From the IMG/VR virus record IMGVR_UViG_3300030330_006222: 64,000 nucleotides of DNA; one strand, written 5' to 3'. The translations under genes and the position numbers were made by a program. This document shows, piece by piece, positions 17,714 to 29,500 of the stretch; the first letter of the stretch is position 1; each line of letters opens with the position of its first letter. The notes under the pieces are model-generated. The model saw only the letters and a list, made by a program, of their open reading frames with translations, had not been told where the DNA came from and searched no databases. The stretch is from an uncultured virus (IMG/VR IMGVR_UViG_3300030330_006222) (Duplodnaviria; Heunggongvirae; Uroviricota; Caudoviricetes).

Positions 17714-20700
17714 TTAGTAATCATTTATAAGATTGTAAATACTTAAACTTACGTTATCTGCATCTGGACTACCAGAGTCACCAAAGTATCCAGTTGTCGG
17801 ACCTATTGGATCATCCTCATTGAATAGTCCATCAAGTCCATATGTACCCACAATAGAAGCGTAAGAAGCACCACCCACTCCGGATTTAATTGCTGATTGT
17901 AATTTGTCTTTCAATGTTACTATTGTTGCGTGGGCTCTTAGGTATATATTGCTATACACATTATTAAGGATCGCTCGTCGATCTGCAGCTACTTCGTCGT
18001 CTGGGCGACTGAACCATCCGAGTCGCTCGTCCTCGTACCCGGCCGAGGCGTCATAGTACGAAGTTGGAACAAATCCTCTCAATTCTTCCACCAAAGTGTT
18101 TTCATCTGCATAGAGCTTGCTATAAAAGCCATTTTCGAATATAGTGGAACTACCACCGCTGCCTATAGTTTTATGATGATAAACGTGAGCCGATACTCTC
18201 TCAAGTCTATCTAATAGTGCTAAGCAGGTTACCATATTTCTATTATCGCGGCGGGTTGCAGGAGCATCTCTAAGTATTCCTGGTTTTAATTTTCCAGTGT
18301 CGGGGTCGTATGATACGTCGACGTCCATTGTTGAATAAGCCATTAAATTATCTAAAAACCAACGCATCCATGAATATCCACCAAGCTCAGCTATGAAAAC
18401 CGCCGCAACGTCGCCGACGTACCTAGGAGCCAATCCACAATCAGCAGCTAATTTATCAATTGTTGGCTCAAATGGGTACTCGCTTATGGACGTCGATCGG
18501 GTCGCTTCGAGGTCATCCACATAATTCCTCATATTATAAAAAGTTAACAAAGCATTTGGTTTGAGGAGGGCACCGCCCGTACTCAAAGTCGTGAGACGGT
18601 GTCGTTCACGAGGATAAAATACCAATTCTAAAACTTTGGCTGCAACAGCGACAGAATCAACTGCAGTATCGCCATATTCATCTATAAAGGATTCAAAGTC
18701 GTCGGTCTCGCGAAGCAGATAGTATGAATCGCTAGACAACGGTTCTGCTATTGGCGCTGTTGATAGTGTCGACACCGGATCGATAGAGTCTGTCGGTGCC
18801 GCAAACTTTGGAGTTGACAGAGTATAACTTCCTACTTCCGTCAAGCTTGATAATGGTATATCATCAGGAGAAATATCTCCGGCGATTGGCTCCCAAATTG
18901 GTTTTTCATTATAAAACTTTATTGTTCTAGCAAAACCAGTACCAGATGGATGGTAAGAAAACATATCTTTCATTCTTTTAGCGGGCGTGGCTACAGTAGA
19001 GCCAATCTCAACTATTTCATCTATTCTCAGATATGCTAGCAACCGTTTAAAAGAATCAGCAAAAACAGTCAATTGACTTAGATTACCGGTTTCAGGAGCA
19101 ACTTTAAGCGTTTGTTCTAACACATTTTCTTGAAATAAACTTTCATTAAAAGCGATGCCAGGTTTGAACATCACTTCAGACAGAGCCTGAGCTACATAAA
19201 CAGCTTTAGTCCATATTTTACCAGGGTAAAGTTCATTTATTTGATCTACAAAAAATTGATTGAATTCGTTGAGTATGTTGTTGTGACTGCAAGTTTCCAC
19301 AGCATAGTCATAATATTCTATAAATTCATTGTATACGTCACTAACGTACTCCACCAAATTATCATAAGTTAATTGTGTCTGGTCTTCCACTTCAATTGCA
19401 ACTGAGTAACAGGTTCTGGGTTCATTCAAATTGTTGGACGCTCTAAGTAATTCTAATCTTAAGATGGAGTCAATATTTTGGGTGTTGTAATAAGCTACAT
19501 CATCATCCATAGCGTCTTCAAACTTGAAAGCCATAAGTCTGTATCCGTCTAAGACGCGGGCGGTGGCTAAATCACCCATCGAGCCGTCTAATGCTGCATC
19601 AAGGTTGTTGTAGTGTTTCAAGGTGTTAGTTTGTTCTTCAACCGGTATATCAAAGTTTACGAACGTTAATGAACTAACCTTGTCTATTGCGCCGACTTTA
19701 TAATGTGGTCTTAAATATTTTAATCTGTGTGCCAGAATAGCTACCTCATCCGTCTCTTCACCCTCATCCTTGCCACCAGAATATTTGTAGTCAATATTTT
19801 TATTTTTTGGATAATCAATGTACTCGCCAGTTGGAGCAGGAAAATCGGGCAAAATTAAAGTTGGAGTTTTCATATTCAACTGCATTTTTGTTCTAATGTA
19901 TTTGTCGTGTTCTGAATCTATTGATGTTGCATCTAATCGTAGTTCGTTTCTTGAAAGCTCCACCTTTTTAACGTAAAAATGTTCGTATGGTACATTTATT
20001 CTGAATAATTGCTGAAGCTTAGTGATATCAAACACATGAGCAATCATCGATTGGGTTCTAAGCGCCTTCTCGTAATCAAACATAAACCTGCCTTGGTTTT
20101 TTACCACCGCATCACCGGCTCTAAGATCCAAGTATTCACCACCGTTTAATGTAGGATTCAACAGTTCAGAACGAACAGAACCGGGCGCATCGGCGAAATC
20201 TTCATGCGTAGCATAATAATATGCTAATTCTCTGTTTGCCATCCGCTCAGCCTCGGCATCATTAAATCCTGCAGCAGAATACCTATCACGCAGTTCCGAG
20301 TACAATTTGTCATATATTCCTTCGCGTGGGCTCAACTGTTTTGCGCCGGCGGCGTCCGTATCAATGCTCATACCATATAATTCTTCAAGCTCGTCATCGC
20401 TGTAAGAAGAAATTAAGTTTGATAGCCATGCTTTACGTGCTAGCAAGAACCATTTTTTTGGGATATAACAATCTGATGGAGTTTCGTAGGGGATCCCTTT
20501 TACTACATCAGCACTAGAAATATTTAATTTGTGGGAGCTTGTAGCAGGAAAGTTACCAGACGGATCTGGAGCGCGGTAAAAACCTGCAAGAAAATTTTGC
20601 CTAGCGTCAATTACAAGAGAGTCATATAACTGTGCTACGACTAGCTGTTCTTGTGCTTGAACAGCTTGAATTACATCGGCGAATGCTATTACAAATTCAC

Positions 20701-21745
20701 TGTAAAACACACCGGATAATACAGTTGGGGATTTATTTGGGTATGTTGCTCGGTAATCCGAAAGTTGTAATAAAACACCACTCTTGTTATTAGTGGCGTT
20801 TATTATCGCTTCTAAGTTTTTGATGTTAGAATCTAAATCTGAATCTGCAGATCTGTTATCCAAGTGTTTATCTATTAGTGCTTCCAGTGTTGTACGAACA
20901 TTATCAAACGAGTAATTGTCAGTTGCGTAAAAATTTCCGTTCGTAGATTGTATGACTAAACCAAAGTATGGAGCACCAGAAGAAGTGGTGTACGCTTGAA
21001 AAAATTTTGTAGCTATTCTATTTTTTTGTAATATATGATAGTAAGCCACGTCACTAAAGTATGTATTTGATGCTAAGTTCTTCCATGGTGTGCTACTATT
21101 AGTTGAATATCCCGCGTCGTCATACCTTTCCGAAAACAGTCCATCGTCACCCGGCGTGCCTGAACCGCTATACCTTCCTGCAGCCTTAATGCCAGTGTAA
21201 GTAAGCAGCATTAAGTCCTCAATATCTTCTATCTGGGGAATCCCAAGAATGCCTCCGTAGCGGTATGGCATTTTAACATTTATGTTTGTAATTTCAATAA
21301 TTTCATTACCATTCTCATCAAAAGTTGGTAGAATAACCAAATTAGAACCATATGGATTTTCATCTGCTATAATTGACGATAGAGGAATTCTTCTAAAACG
21401 ACCACTGGCATAATACGGATGGTGTTCTAATAACCCTGTCTTGTGCCAGTATTCAATGGAAAATCTATTTTCTTCTAAATGTCGCTTAATCCAGCTCTTG
21501 TATGTAAGGAAAACGTAAAGGTAGACATTGTCTAGATACTGCTTAACAAACTCTCTAGCGCTGCCTGCTTGGAAATGTTCTGGTTTTGTAAATTTTATAG
21601 ATAAATTCGCAGTAATTTCCGTATTTGATGAAGTATCCTCCGGGTCGGATGATACAAAATTGAGTGTAATTCTATTAACAAAAACGTTCGGCATTTTAGT
21701 GCCAAATGTCTCTTTGTTAATACCAATTAAATTAATATCTGACAT
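17714..21745 (-). CDS. Large virion-cluster protein
   Basis: 1343-aa uninterrupted ORF coupled (TAATG) to the upstream baseplate gene; no catalytic motif recognised. Confidence 0.55.
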   Translation of the reverse strand: MSDINLIGINKETFGTKMPNVFVNRITLNFVSSDPEDTSSNTEITANLSIKFTKPEHFQAGSAREFVKQYLDNVYLYVFLTYKSWIKRHLEENRFSIEYWHKTGLLEHHPYYASGRFRRIPLSSIIADENPYGSNLVILPTFDENGNEIIEITNINVKMPYRYGGILGIPQIEDIEDLMLLTYTGIKAAGRYSGSGTPGDDGLFSERYDDAGYSTNSSTPWKNLASNTYFSDVAYYHILQKNRIATKFFQAYTTSSGAPYFGLVIQSTNGNFYATDNYSFDNVRTTLEALIDKHLDNRSADSDLDSNIKNLEAIINATNNKSGVLLQLSDYRATYPNKSPTVLSGVFYSEFVIAFADVIQAVQAQEQLVVAQLYDSLVIDARQNFLAGFYRAPDPSGNFPATSSHKLNISSADVVKGIPYETPSDCYIPKKWFLLARKAWLSNLISSYSDDELEELYGMSIDTDAAGAKQLSPREGIYDKLYSELRDRYSAAGFNDAEAERMANRELAYYYATHEDFADAPGSVRSELLNPTLNGGEYLDLRAGDAVVKNQGRFMFDYEKALRTQSMIAHVFDITKLQQLFRINVPYEHFYVKKVELSRNELRLDATSIDSEHDKYIRTKMQLNMKTPTLILPDFPAPTGEYIDYPKNKNIDYKYSGGKDEGEETDEVAILAHRLKYLRPHYKVGAIDKVSSLTFVNFDIPVEEQTNTLKHYNNLDAALDGSMGDLATARVLDGYRLMAFKFEDAMDDDVAYYNTQNIDSILRLELLRASNNLNEPRTCYSVAIEVEDQTQLTYDNLVEYVSDVYNEFIEYYDYAVETCSHNNILNEFNQFFVDQINELYPGKIWTKAVYVAQALSEVMFKPGIAFNESLFQENVLEQTLKVAPETGNLSQLTVFADSFKRLLAYLRIDEIVEIGSTVATPAKRMKDMFSYHPSGTGFARTIKFYNEKPIWEPIAGDISPDDIPLSSLTEVGSYTLSTPKFAAPTDSIDPVSTLSTAPIAEPLSSDSYYLLRETDDFESFIDEYGDTAVDSVAVAAKVLELVFYPRERHRLTTLSTGGALLKPNALLTFYNMRNYVDDLEATRSTSISEYPFEPTIDKLAADCGLAPRYVGDVAAVFIAELGGYSWMRWFLDNLMAYSTMDVDVSYDPDTGKLKPGILRDAPATRRDNRNMVTCLALLDRLERVSAHVYHHKTIGSGGSSTIFENGFYSKLYADENTLVEELRGFVPTSYYDASAGYEDERLGWFSRPDDEVAADRRAILNNVYSNIYLRAHATIVTLKDKLQSAIKSGVGGASYASIVGTYGLDGLFNEDDPIGPTTGYFGDSGSPDADNVSLSIYNLINDY

Positions 21746-23580
21746 TATTGATCCTCACATACATCTGGGTCTTCGATCAGTGGTCCCATCGGGTTGCATA
21801 TTTCTGGGCTTGTAGCAGAGCCATAAATATCATAGTAAACTCTTCTTATATCTTCTTCTACGCAATCAAAATCTATATCGATGTAGTAGGAGTCTCGATT
21901 AAAAGTACTGGCACAACTACAAGCGATTTTATCACTTACATCGCTATCTGTTAAAATATTAAAATAATATTCAACTGAATCTTGTGTAATGTTTGGGTTT
22001 TTAACTTCTTGTTCTGTGGCTGCCACCATGAGACCGTCTACGATCTGTTCAATTGAGTCGACAAAATACTTTCTTTTTAATTCTACACCGCCAGCAATAT
22101 AGCCACCTGAAAAGCCAGTGGGGTTAATTCTTGCTTCAGCCGCGGTGCTGGTGATTGTCTTGTTAACATCAACAGCGCGAGTAGTTATCTGATTTGTCAA
22201 TCTGATCTGAAAGGCTCCTCCTCCAAAAGCATGGTCGGCTACATCACCAATTTGACTTTCGTCAATACTAATTTGTAAATCATGCGTCCCAGTATAGCAC
22301 CCTACACCATAAGCAGATCTACAACGTCCTTTAGCGGTGGAACCTGCATCTGATTTGTCGTAGTCAGAGGGATACCCTCTAGTGGTTGAACCATCGTCTT
22401 GATTTAAGGCAGACAAGAGGTTAAGAATGGTGCCTTTTCTGTTTGCACTAGCGCCATCTAGTTCATAATTGTTTGATACCACTATGCCAATATTGCCGGC
22501 AGAGGGGACCGAAACTGGATCTGTATTGTCAATAAACTCAAATGTCTGCGAGCGTACGCCATCATTAATAGTAATTGTGTCACCCACGGCTATTGCTGTG
22601 GCTCCTACATCTAGGGTTGCGCCGGCTTTGGTGACTATGCCAGCGTCTTCAATCATTTCAAAAACCTCAATATCAAAATTTTCTGTAAGCAATTGAGTGT
22701 TAACTTCTTCAGCGTACACCATAACATCGTTTTTAATTAATTTGATTGTGTCGCCACCTAAGAATGGTCGTGTTTCGCTTACAAAATCAGAAGGCGTTTC
22801 TTCTGTTAACAGTTCTGACGGACTGCTAATTTCTAAAGTATAATTTGCTTTTATGTCCACCTGTGGGATATTGTACTCTGTCACCTCGTTATCGTAGCTA
22901 GCGGAGGTAAAATTGTATTCGGTGGTATCTTTGGTTTCAACATTGGTAATCTCACCTTGGCAGGTTAAAAGCTTCCAGGCTGGGGCGTGTTGGGTGTTGT
23001 CGCCCTCGAATGCAGCATTGCCAATCGCAGATTCAAACGATAATACATTTGGTTTAGGCACGTATTTTTTTGGCATGACGTCTAAATCAAAAAGGGATGT
23101 GCTAGCGTAAATCGGATCAACAAAAGTAGCATATGTAGTTAGCAATTCCTCATCACTTAAACTTTCAAAATAGCCTCCAGGTACTCCACCGATCATATCT
23201 CTGAGTGTTTGTACATATTCGGTATATTCTGCAGAGCCAACAGCCATGCGTGGCAATGAGACTCCCGCCACTACAAGTGAGGGTGCATCGATACCAATAA
23301 AACTTTTAGGACCTTCTCCAATGTAATCACTTGGGGGAGTTGTGTTTTCTGCTTCCTCAAAAAGCAAAATTCCTTCTATAAATTGAGTCTCTGTTTTAAT
23401 TCTTTCATGAACTTTGGTTTGTACTTCACTAAACCCGGCGTATTCACTGTCATAAGTAACGCCGGTGTCGAAGAAAGCATAGTAAGTTGGCTTCAGTTGA
23501 CCAACAGAAAGACGGTGCTTTCCATATGGGGTCAATTGAAAATCTATAACTTGTTCTTTTTTATCTAAAAATTTAGCCAT
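21745..23580 (-). CDS. Virion (baseplate) protein, distant paralog of the 9883/10944 N-terminus, with an inserted beta domain
   Basis: MAKFLDKKEQVIDFQLTPYGKHRLS...YYAFFDTGVTY matches the LT-x-x-G-[KR] / F-x-D-x-x-[VI]-x-Y pattern of the other two genes. Confidence 0.55.
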   Translation of the reverse strand: MAKFLDKKEQVIDFQLTPYGKHRLSVGQLKPTYYAFFDTGVTYDSEYAGFSEVQTKVHERIKTETQFIEGILLFEEAENTTPPSDYIGEGPKSFIGIDAPSLVVAGVSLPRMAVGSAEYTEYVQTLRDMIGGVPGGYFESLSDEELLTTYATFVDPIYASTSLFDLDVMPKKYVPKPNVLSFESAIGNAAFEGDNTQHAPAWKLLTCQGEITNVETKDTTEYNFTSASYDNEVTEYNIPQVDIKANYTLEISSPSELLTEETPSDFVSETRPFLGGDTIKLIKNDVMVYAEEVNTQLLTENFDIEVFEMIEDAGIVTKAGATLDVGATAIAVGDTITINDGVRSQTFEFIDNTDPVSVPSAGNIGIVVSNNYELDGASANRKGTILNLLSALNQDDGSTTRGYPSDYDKSDAGSTAKGRCRSAYGVGCYTGTHDLQISIDESQIGDVADHAFGGGAFQIRLTNQITTRAVDVNKTITSTAAEARINPTGFSGGYIAGGVELKRKYFVDSIEQIVDGLMVAATEQEVKNPNITQDSVEYYFNILTDSDVSDKIACSCASTFNRDSYYIDIDFDCVEEDIRRVYYDIYGSATSPEICNPMGPLIEDPDVCEDQ

Positions 23581-26500
23581 TATTCATCTTTAAGTAATAT
23601 ATTTACGTCCATTTTAATTAGTTCAACGAAAGATAAGTAATCATAAGGCCAGTTGAAGCCAAACTTGTATTTCTTCAACTTAGTGGTGTCTTGTTTAACT
23701 TGTCTGGTTGACTCATTAGCTTGATCCGGAATAAGATCGTAGTAATCGGTTACTGAGCGTTGTTTAACCTTGAAGATCATCCATCTTAAATTATCGTTCA
23801 TCAAAATTTCTTGATTAATTAATTCGTTATCAGCGATTACATGTGAAACTGACGATTCTTGGAAGTGAACTTCTTTGGAGTCTCTCGGTGCGAGGTTCTG
23901 CCAAATGTAGGACAAGTCGTCTCTATCAAGTTCATATTTGAATTCAAATACATACATAGCGATTGGATCAACTTCCTTATTGTTTAGGAAGTCAAACTCA
24001 GGCGGGAAAACATACTTCTCTAACGATTGCCTTAATCTTCTTAAAGATTGACCAGCAGTACCCAAGCTATCTCCTTGGGCTGAGCCTGCTGCCTCTTTTC
24101 TTGTGCCACCAAACCTTCTCTTTGGTATTGAAATGAATTTCTTTCTTGTTTTTCTCAGTTTAGAGTCTCTAGGTAATCTTTCTCTGATACCCTCATCAAC
24201 TTCTTCAATCACATATGGAACGGCTACAATAGCTTCATGCACAGCAAAGCTGTCTTTTAGTTGTCCCAGTTTTACACTTGAGTTCGTTTGATCAAATCCA
24301 CAAAGCGACGACAAGGAACGAACATGCTTGTAGAGATTTACACGTCTTTGATTTTGAGTGTCCGCCTTAACACCAGCATCAAAAGTATTACCGGGGTAGG
24401 CGCCACCGTTATATGGTGTTTCTCTGTCTCCCGCAAGAACTTCGTAGTGGTTCCTTAGCCAGTCTTCTGGGATGTCTGTAATCTCCAGGAAAATACCCTT
24501 AGCTGGGTCGTCAGGGATAACACCGAACTGGTGCCATATTCCTCGTGGAACTGACGCTGAACCATATGTCGGCAAAGTAAGGTTACCCGCATCTGCCGTA
24601 ATTGGATGTACACCCTCATCGTTAAAGTTGAGCATTGGTGTCTCCCATTTAGGTTGAATAATCCATTTGTTTCCAACTGGTCTGTTTGAATCTTTTACAA
24701 CCTGGCCAAATTTATCCTTATCTTGTTCAAGGACTTTCTCGATTCCAAAAATCTTAACACTGGAAGTTAGTTGCATTGAGTTTACATTAATTCTCTTGCC
24801 GTCGTAGATTGAAGGAACGGTTCGGTCACCACTTGGACCTGCTCCGTTCATTGGATCTGTATTGTGTTGGGTTTGCTCCACTGGGATTAAAACTGGTATC
24901 GAAGCAGTTAAAGCAGAGGCTCCAATTTGTCTTGGTTCTCCACCATCAAATCTCCAACAAACGACTTGAGTTTCATTTAGAATTCGGTTCAGGTCATATT
25001 TTTCTGGTGTAGCGGTTGCCGTTGATGACTTGTCAACCACATGAGGTCTGAAAATTAGATCAGCCCAGGCTTCACCATCATAATAAGGCGGCGTAAACGC
25101 AGGGTTGTAGCCACTAAAGCTATCCTTAGCTGCGAACAGGAATGCCCCTGACAAAGCATTTGAGCCAGTTGGACGCCCAGCACAGGAAGGACCAAAAGCA
25201 GTCGGTCTGCTGTACATAGTGAATGTTTCCTTGAACACGGGATTGTGTTGGGGATCTTGTGGCAGCGAGTATTCACCAACCGATTGGGTACCATTGATAG
25301 TTCTTTTTGCACCATTAATAGCGTAATAACTAAGCGCGCCTTTCTTGTTATATGAGTCGTATTCATTTTGATAAGTTCGTGCACCATTGTGAGAACGACG
25401 AAGTTTAATTCTTGCCATGTACAGCGGACGATTATTGGCAAAGTTACTGTCTTCACTGAATTGAAGATCGTCGAGAACTGTATTTGATTCTAGTCTTGTA
25501 ATGCCAGCATCCTGTAAGAAGAACTCACCACAAGCACCGAAGAAGTTTCGCGCCATTAATGTGTAAATACCATCCGCGTTGTCGGAGAACGAGGCACTAA
25601 TGGATTCTTTTTCAAATGCAGAGTCAATCCCAGCACCAGCAAAATTCCAGTTCCAGTCCAAACTCATAGATGGGTGTGATTCCATATCGGTAAAGATGGT
25701 ATTGAGAATGTATTTTCTTGGCTCAACGATGGCTTCGAAAGGAATTCTCTTATCCCAGAATTGCCCACCAAGATATTGGTTACCTCCGGAGACAGCATTT
25801 TCAATAGAGGCAGCACCGGTTATTGATAAAGCCCAGTTATTAGTAGCTGTGGCGGTGTTAGTACCGTAAAATCTTCTTAATTTTTTTCTATGGTTGGATA
25901 CAATTGGATAGTCCACAGCAATACCGGATTTTATAGAGTTGTAAAGAATACCAGGAGATACTAACGGATCTAACAATAATTTCATAAAGCCACCTGCACG
26001 TTCGTACAAGAATATTCCGGGGTGATTGAAAGATTTATTTGTGTAAACATTCATGCCTGCGGCTGTGCCACTTTGTCCAACTTGAATTGAATTTCGGAAC
26101 GAATCCATAAATTGAGCTGATAAATCAACAGTTCTCTCTGCTGGGTAGAACCCTTTATAGGGGTTGTACTTAATTGCTGCTTTGCAGTTAAGTTGGATTT
26201 CTTTTGCATCCATTAAGCTTTCTTTTTTGATACCTAGGAAATTTTCAAGGAAATCAGAATTAGAGTAATCTACATAGAAGTTTGTGTTCGCACTAGACGA
26301 GTTTGTTCCAACAATTTCAAATAAATCAGTTTTAGTTTTATTATTAACTCCAAATTTAAAGTAATCTTTAACATGCTCACTCATTCTGTATTCGGGCACA
26401 ACACCATATCCCTTAGCCATTAGCTTTAAGTCACTCTTAAAGTCGTCGTAGTTGTTATACCATGGAAGTGATGCTGATGGCAAGAACACCGATGAAGAAG

Positions 26501-29500
26501 CAAGAGCAGCAAGAGAAGCGGTACGTGATGACTCTAATTGAGCGACGATTCCTGCTTGAGTGCCAGCTTCCCAAAGTGCCTCTCCTGCTAATGTGGGGAT
26601 TTGCTCGGTTAAATCAAATGAGCCTGTAAATGAACCGGTTTCCGGAATCGCAATTCCAGCAGGAGAAACAACTGAATTGGGGGAACCTAATTCGTGTTTT
26701 CTGGCGTACAGTGGAGCTGGCGTTAGCAGTGAGAACTTTAATGACTCGACGCCGATATTAAAGTAACTAAAATATGTGTTTTGTAACGGTCCAGCTTTTG
26801 GCACATAAAAGTTGAATGCGATCGCTCCGGATAGAGGAACGAAAGGTTGAGCAGTGATATAACTTATAGCCACTCCAGAGTATAGGGAGCTACCAGTAGT
26901 ACCACTAACAAATGTACGTGTAAGGAAGTTTTCAGGGGCGTCTAGTACCCAACAGCTTCTACTAACCGGGAAGCCAACCAGCGAGCTTGAAAGGTTGCTA
27001 CCGACAACAGTTCTTTCTGTTCTTGAATCTCTCCAGAATTTATTGTCGTATCCGACTCGTTTGCCGGAGAATGCTCCAAATTCATTCTTCAATGATGGGA
27101 AAATGTTTTGCTTATATAAGAACCAATTTAATTTAGCTCCATCTTGCTTTGTGGCTCTTAACACATCGCGGTAGGGCTCATTTACTAAATCGTAATCAAG
27201 CTCAAAATAATTATTTAATTTTAAATCATTAAAGAATATTTTTTCGTTTGTATTGGTAAACTTAAGTGTGACGTTTTCCATTGTAACGCCTTCTGCGGAA
27301 GGAGTTCGAACATCAAAGTTAATAAAGGATTGTCGACCTTTCATAGATATTGGTCTTAATTCGTGTGTTGAAAGTGTACGATCACTGCCGGTAGCGATAA
27401 TCAGTCTGTTTGCTCTGCGATCGTTGACGAGCATTCTGTTGTTATGTTGGTGGAATTTTCTCCAACCCCAACCAAACTTATCTTTTCGAGAAGTCAGCAG
27501 TTGATTGAGGTAATCTGAATTTGGCGTGTTTCCTACAAGATCGGTGTTTGTGTAATTTGAGACATCTGAGGTCGCCGGGAAACCAAGCGTATGTGTGCTG
27601 GCATCAACAGGATCATTAATAATGATATTAAGCTCTGTTGAAGGCTGGTACAGACTGCCAGTAGTGGCATTCGAAGCACTAACAAATGTCCAGTAAAACT
27701 CTATACCTGCTGACGATGTTCTATAAGCGTTGTAGTTTTCGCCTCTGTTAACATTCTGGTAACCTGCGTACTTTATGTTGTTGATATCTACCACGGAACC
27801 AGAGAACCATTGGTATTGTCTGTCTGACTGTGGTATAGGACGCACCACGAAGGCGTTATCAAAGCGCGAGCTAGTCACAAAGGTAGAGTTATTTTCGTTA
27901 GTAGCTTTGATTACTTGTCTTGAGTTTCTGTTAATTTTGTGGAACGAAGGAAGCTCGCTAACCGAAGCACCTGGATTTGCAACAAACAAAGAATCTCTAC
28001 CGAATCTAGCTGAATGACGCGCAAGGTGAGCACGAAGACCATAATCTTTGCCGTGAATATCAGAAACCTGAATATTTGTGGCGGCGCCGTATACAACCGG
28101 TTCGGAGATTGTGCCGCTTGGTCCTTGCTGTGGCTTGATTACAGTCTGGTTCCTGTAGGCGAGTGAGTTATACGGTGTCATCTCGCCTGACTTAAAGTCA
28201 AGGTAGCCCTTGGACATTACTTCAATACCGCCGGGTGCAGCAAACTTGGTAGTTACAATAGTCTTGTTAACTGTGCTGTTGAGATATGCTGTGCTGTAGT
28301 CACCTACAAGATCTACGTGAGAGTTTGCGGTTCTTCTAATGTCAAAAATACTTCTTACGTTAGTGGTAAACTTGACATCTGCTACTTGAGGCGGCAGCGT
28401 TGGTTGATTATCTAAGAAGGCACGAGCGTTGTTAAATGCACCAAAGGAACTAACAACTTCGTATTGTTCTTGGAAGTTTCCTGGCACAGTCTTGTCATTA
28501 CTTATTTTGCTAACGTTTCTAATGTTGACCGGGCGCTTGGCAATATGGTCTCGGTATAAGTATGCTTTACCGTGATGTGGATATGGATAAGGGATAGTGC
28601 CCGCGGGTGGGTTGTAGTTTGCTGGCGGATAATCCGGTCCTACAACACCAATGGCACCTGACGGGATTATGTCTCCACAGGTACCGAGCAAGATTCTCCA
28701 AGCTTCTGGGCGATTGTTTTGCTGATCGGTTCCGGTATTAATATCTATGTGTCGCGATTGGTGACCACCTACCAAATGGTTGGTGAATGGACCCTGCATT
28801 GGTACTTCGGCGTTATCACCGTAAACATCATTATGAACGTTGGTGATCATTAAACTATTAGTTACACTTGATATGACTTGAGCATTATAGCCAGAATTTA
28901 CCTCGACACTCGCACTGTAAACATTAAACGGGAATGCCATTGCTGACTTCACGTTTTTATATCCTAACCCTTCTTCCCAATCACGACCGGTTTGTACCTT
29001 AAACGTTTTCTTTTGCTTGACGATCATTTCGTCAGGGCGAGTCGCGTTTTTATATACAGGAATATCAGTGGCATCTTGAACAAACCCAACCATTACATTC
29101 AGTGGTATTATTCTGCTGCCTTCATGGTTTATCGGTCCACCAGGTTTGGTAATCGAGGCAGCGAAATCAAAGTTTTTCACACTTTCAAAGTTCACTCCAC
29201 CACGAACATCACGAGTTAAGATCTTCTCGTTGTTTAAGTTTTTACCGTAGTGTGTATCTTGTGTTTCTACATTTAAATTTACAACCCCAGCGCGAGCGCG
29301 TCTAAAGAAATTAGTTGGCTGATATTTTGTGCCGTCATCTTTACTAAGTGTTGGCGGGGCAGCTGCTCCAGAAACAATTGGGTTGGAGTATATGACATCT
29401 CTGAACTTGTTTCTTTGTGAATCAATTGTAGCATCGCCAGATGTAATCTCGGCAGCAGTACGGTCAGCTCTCTTTTTCCAGAAAGCAAGGTTTTGCCTTG

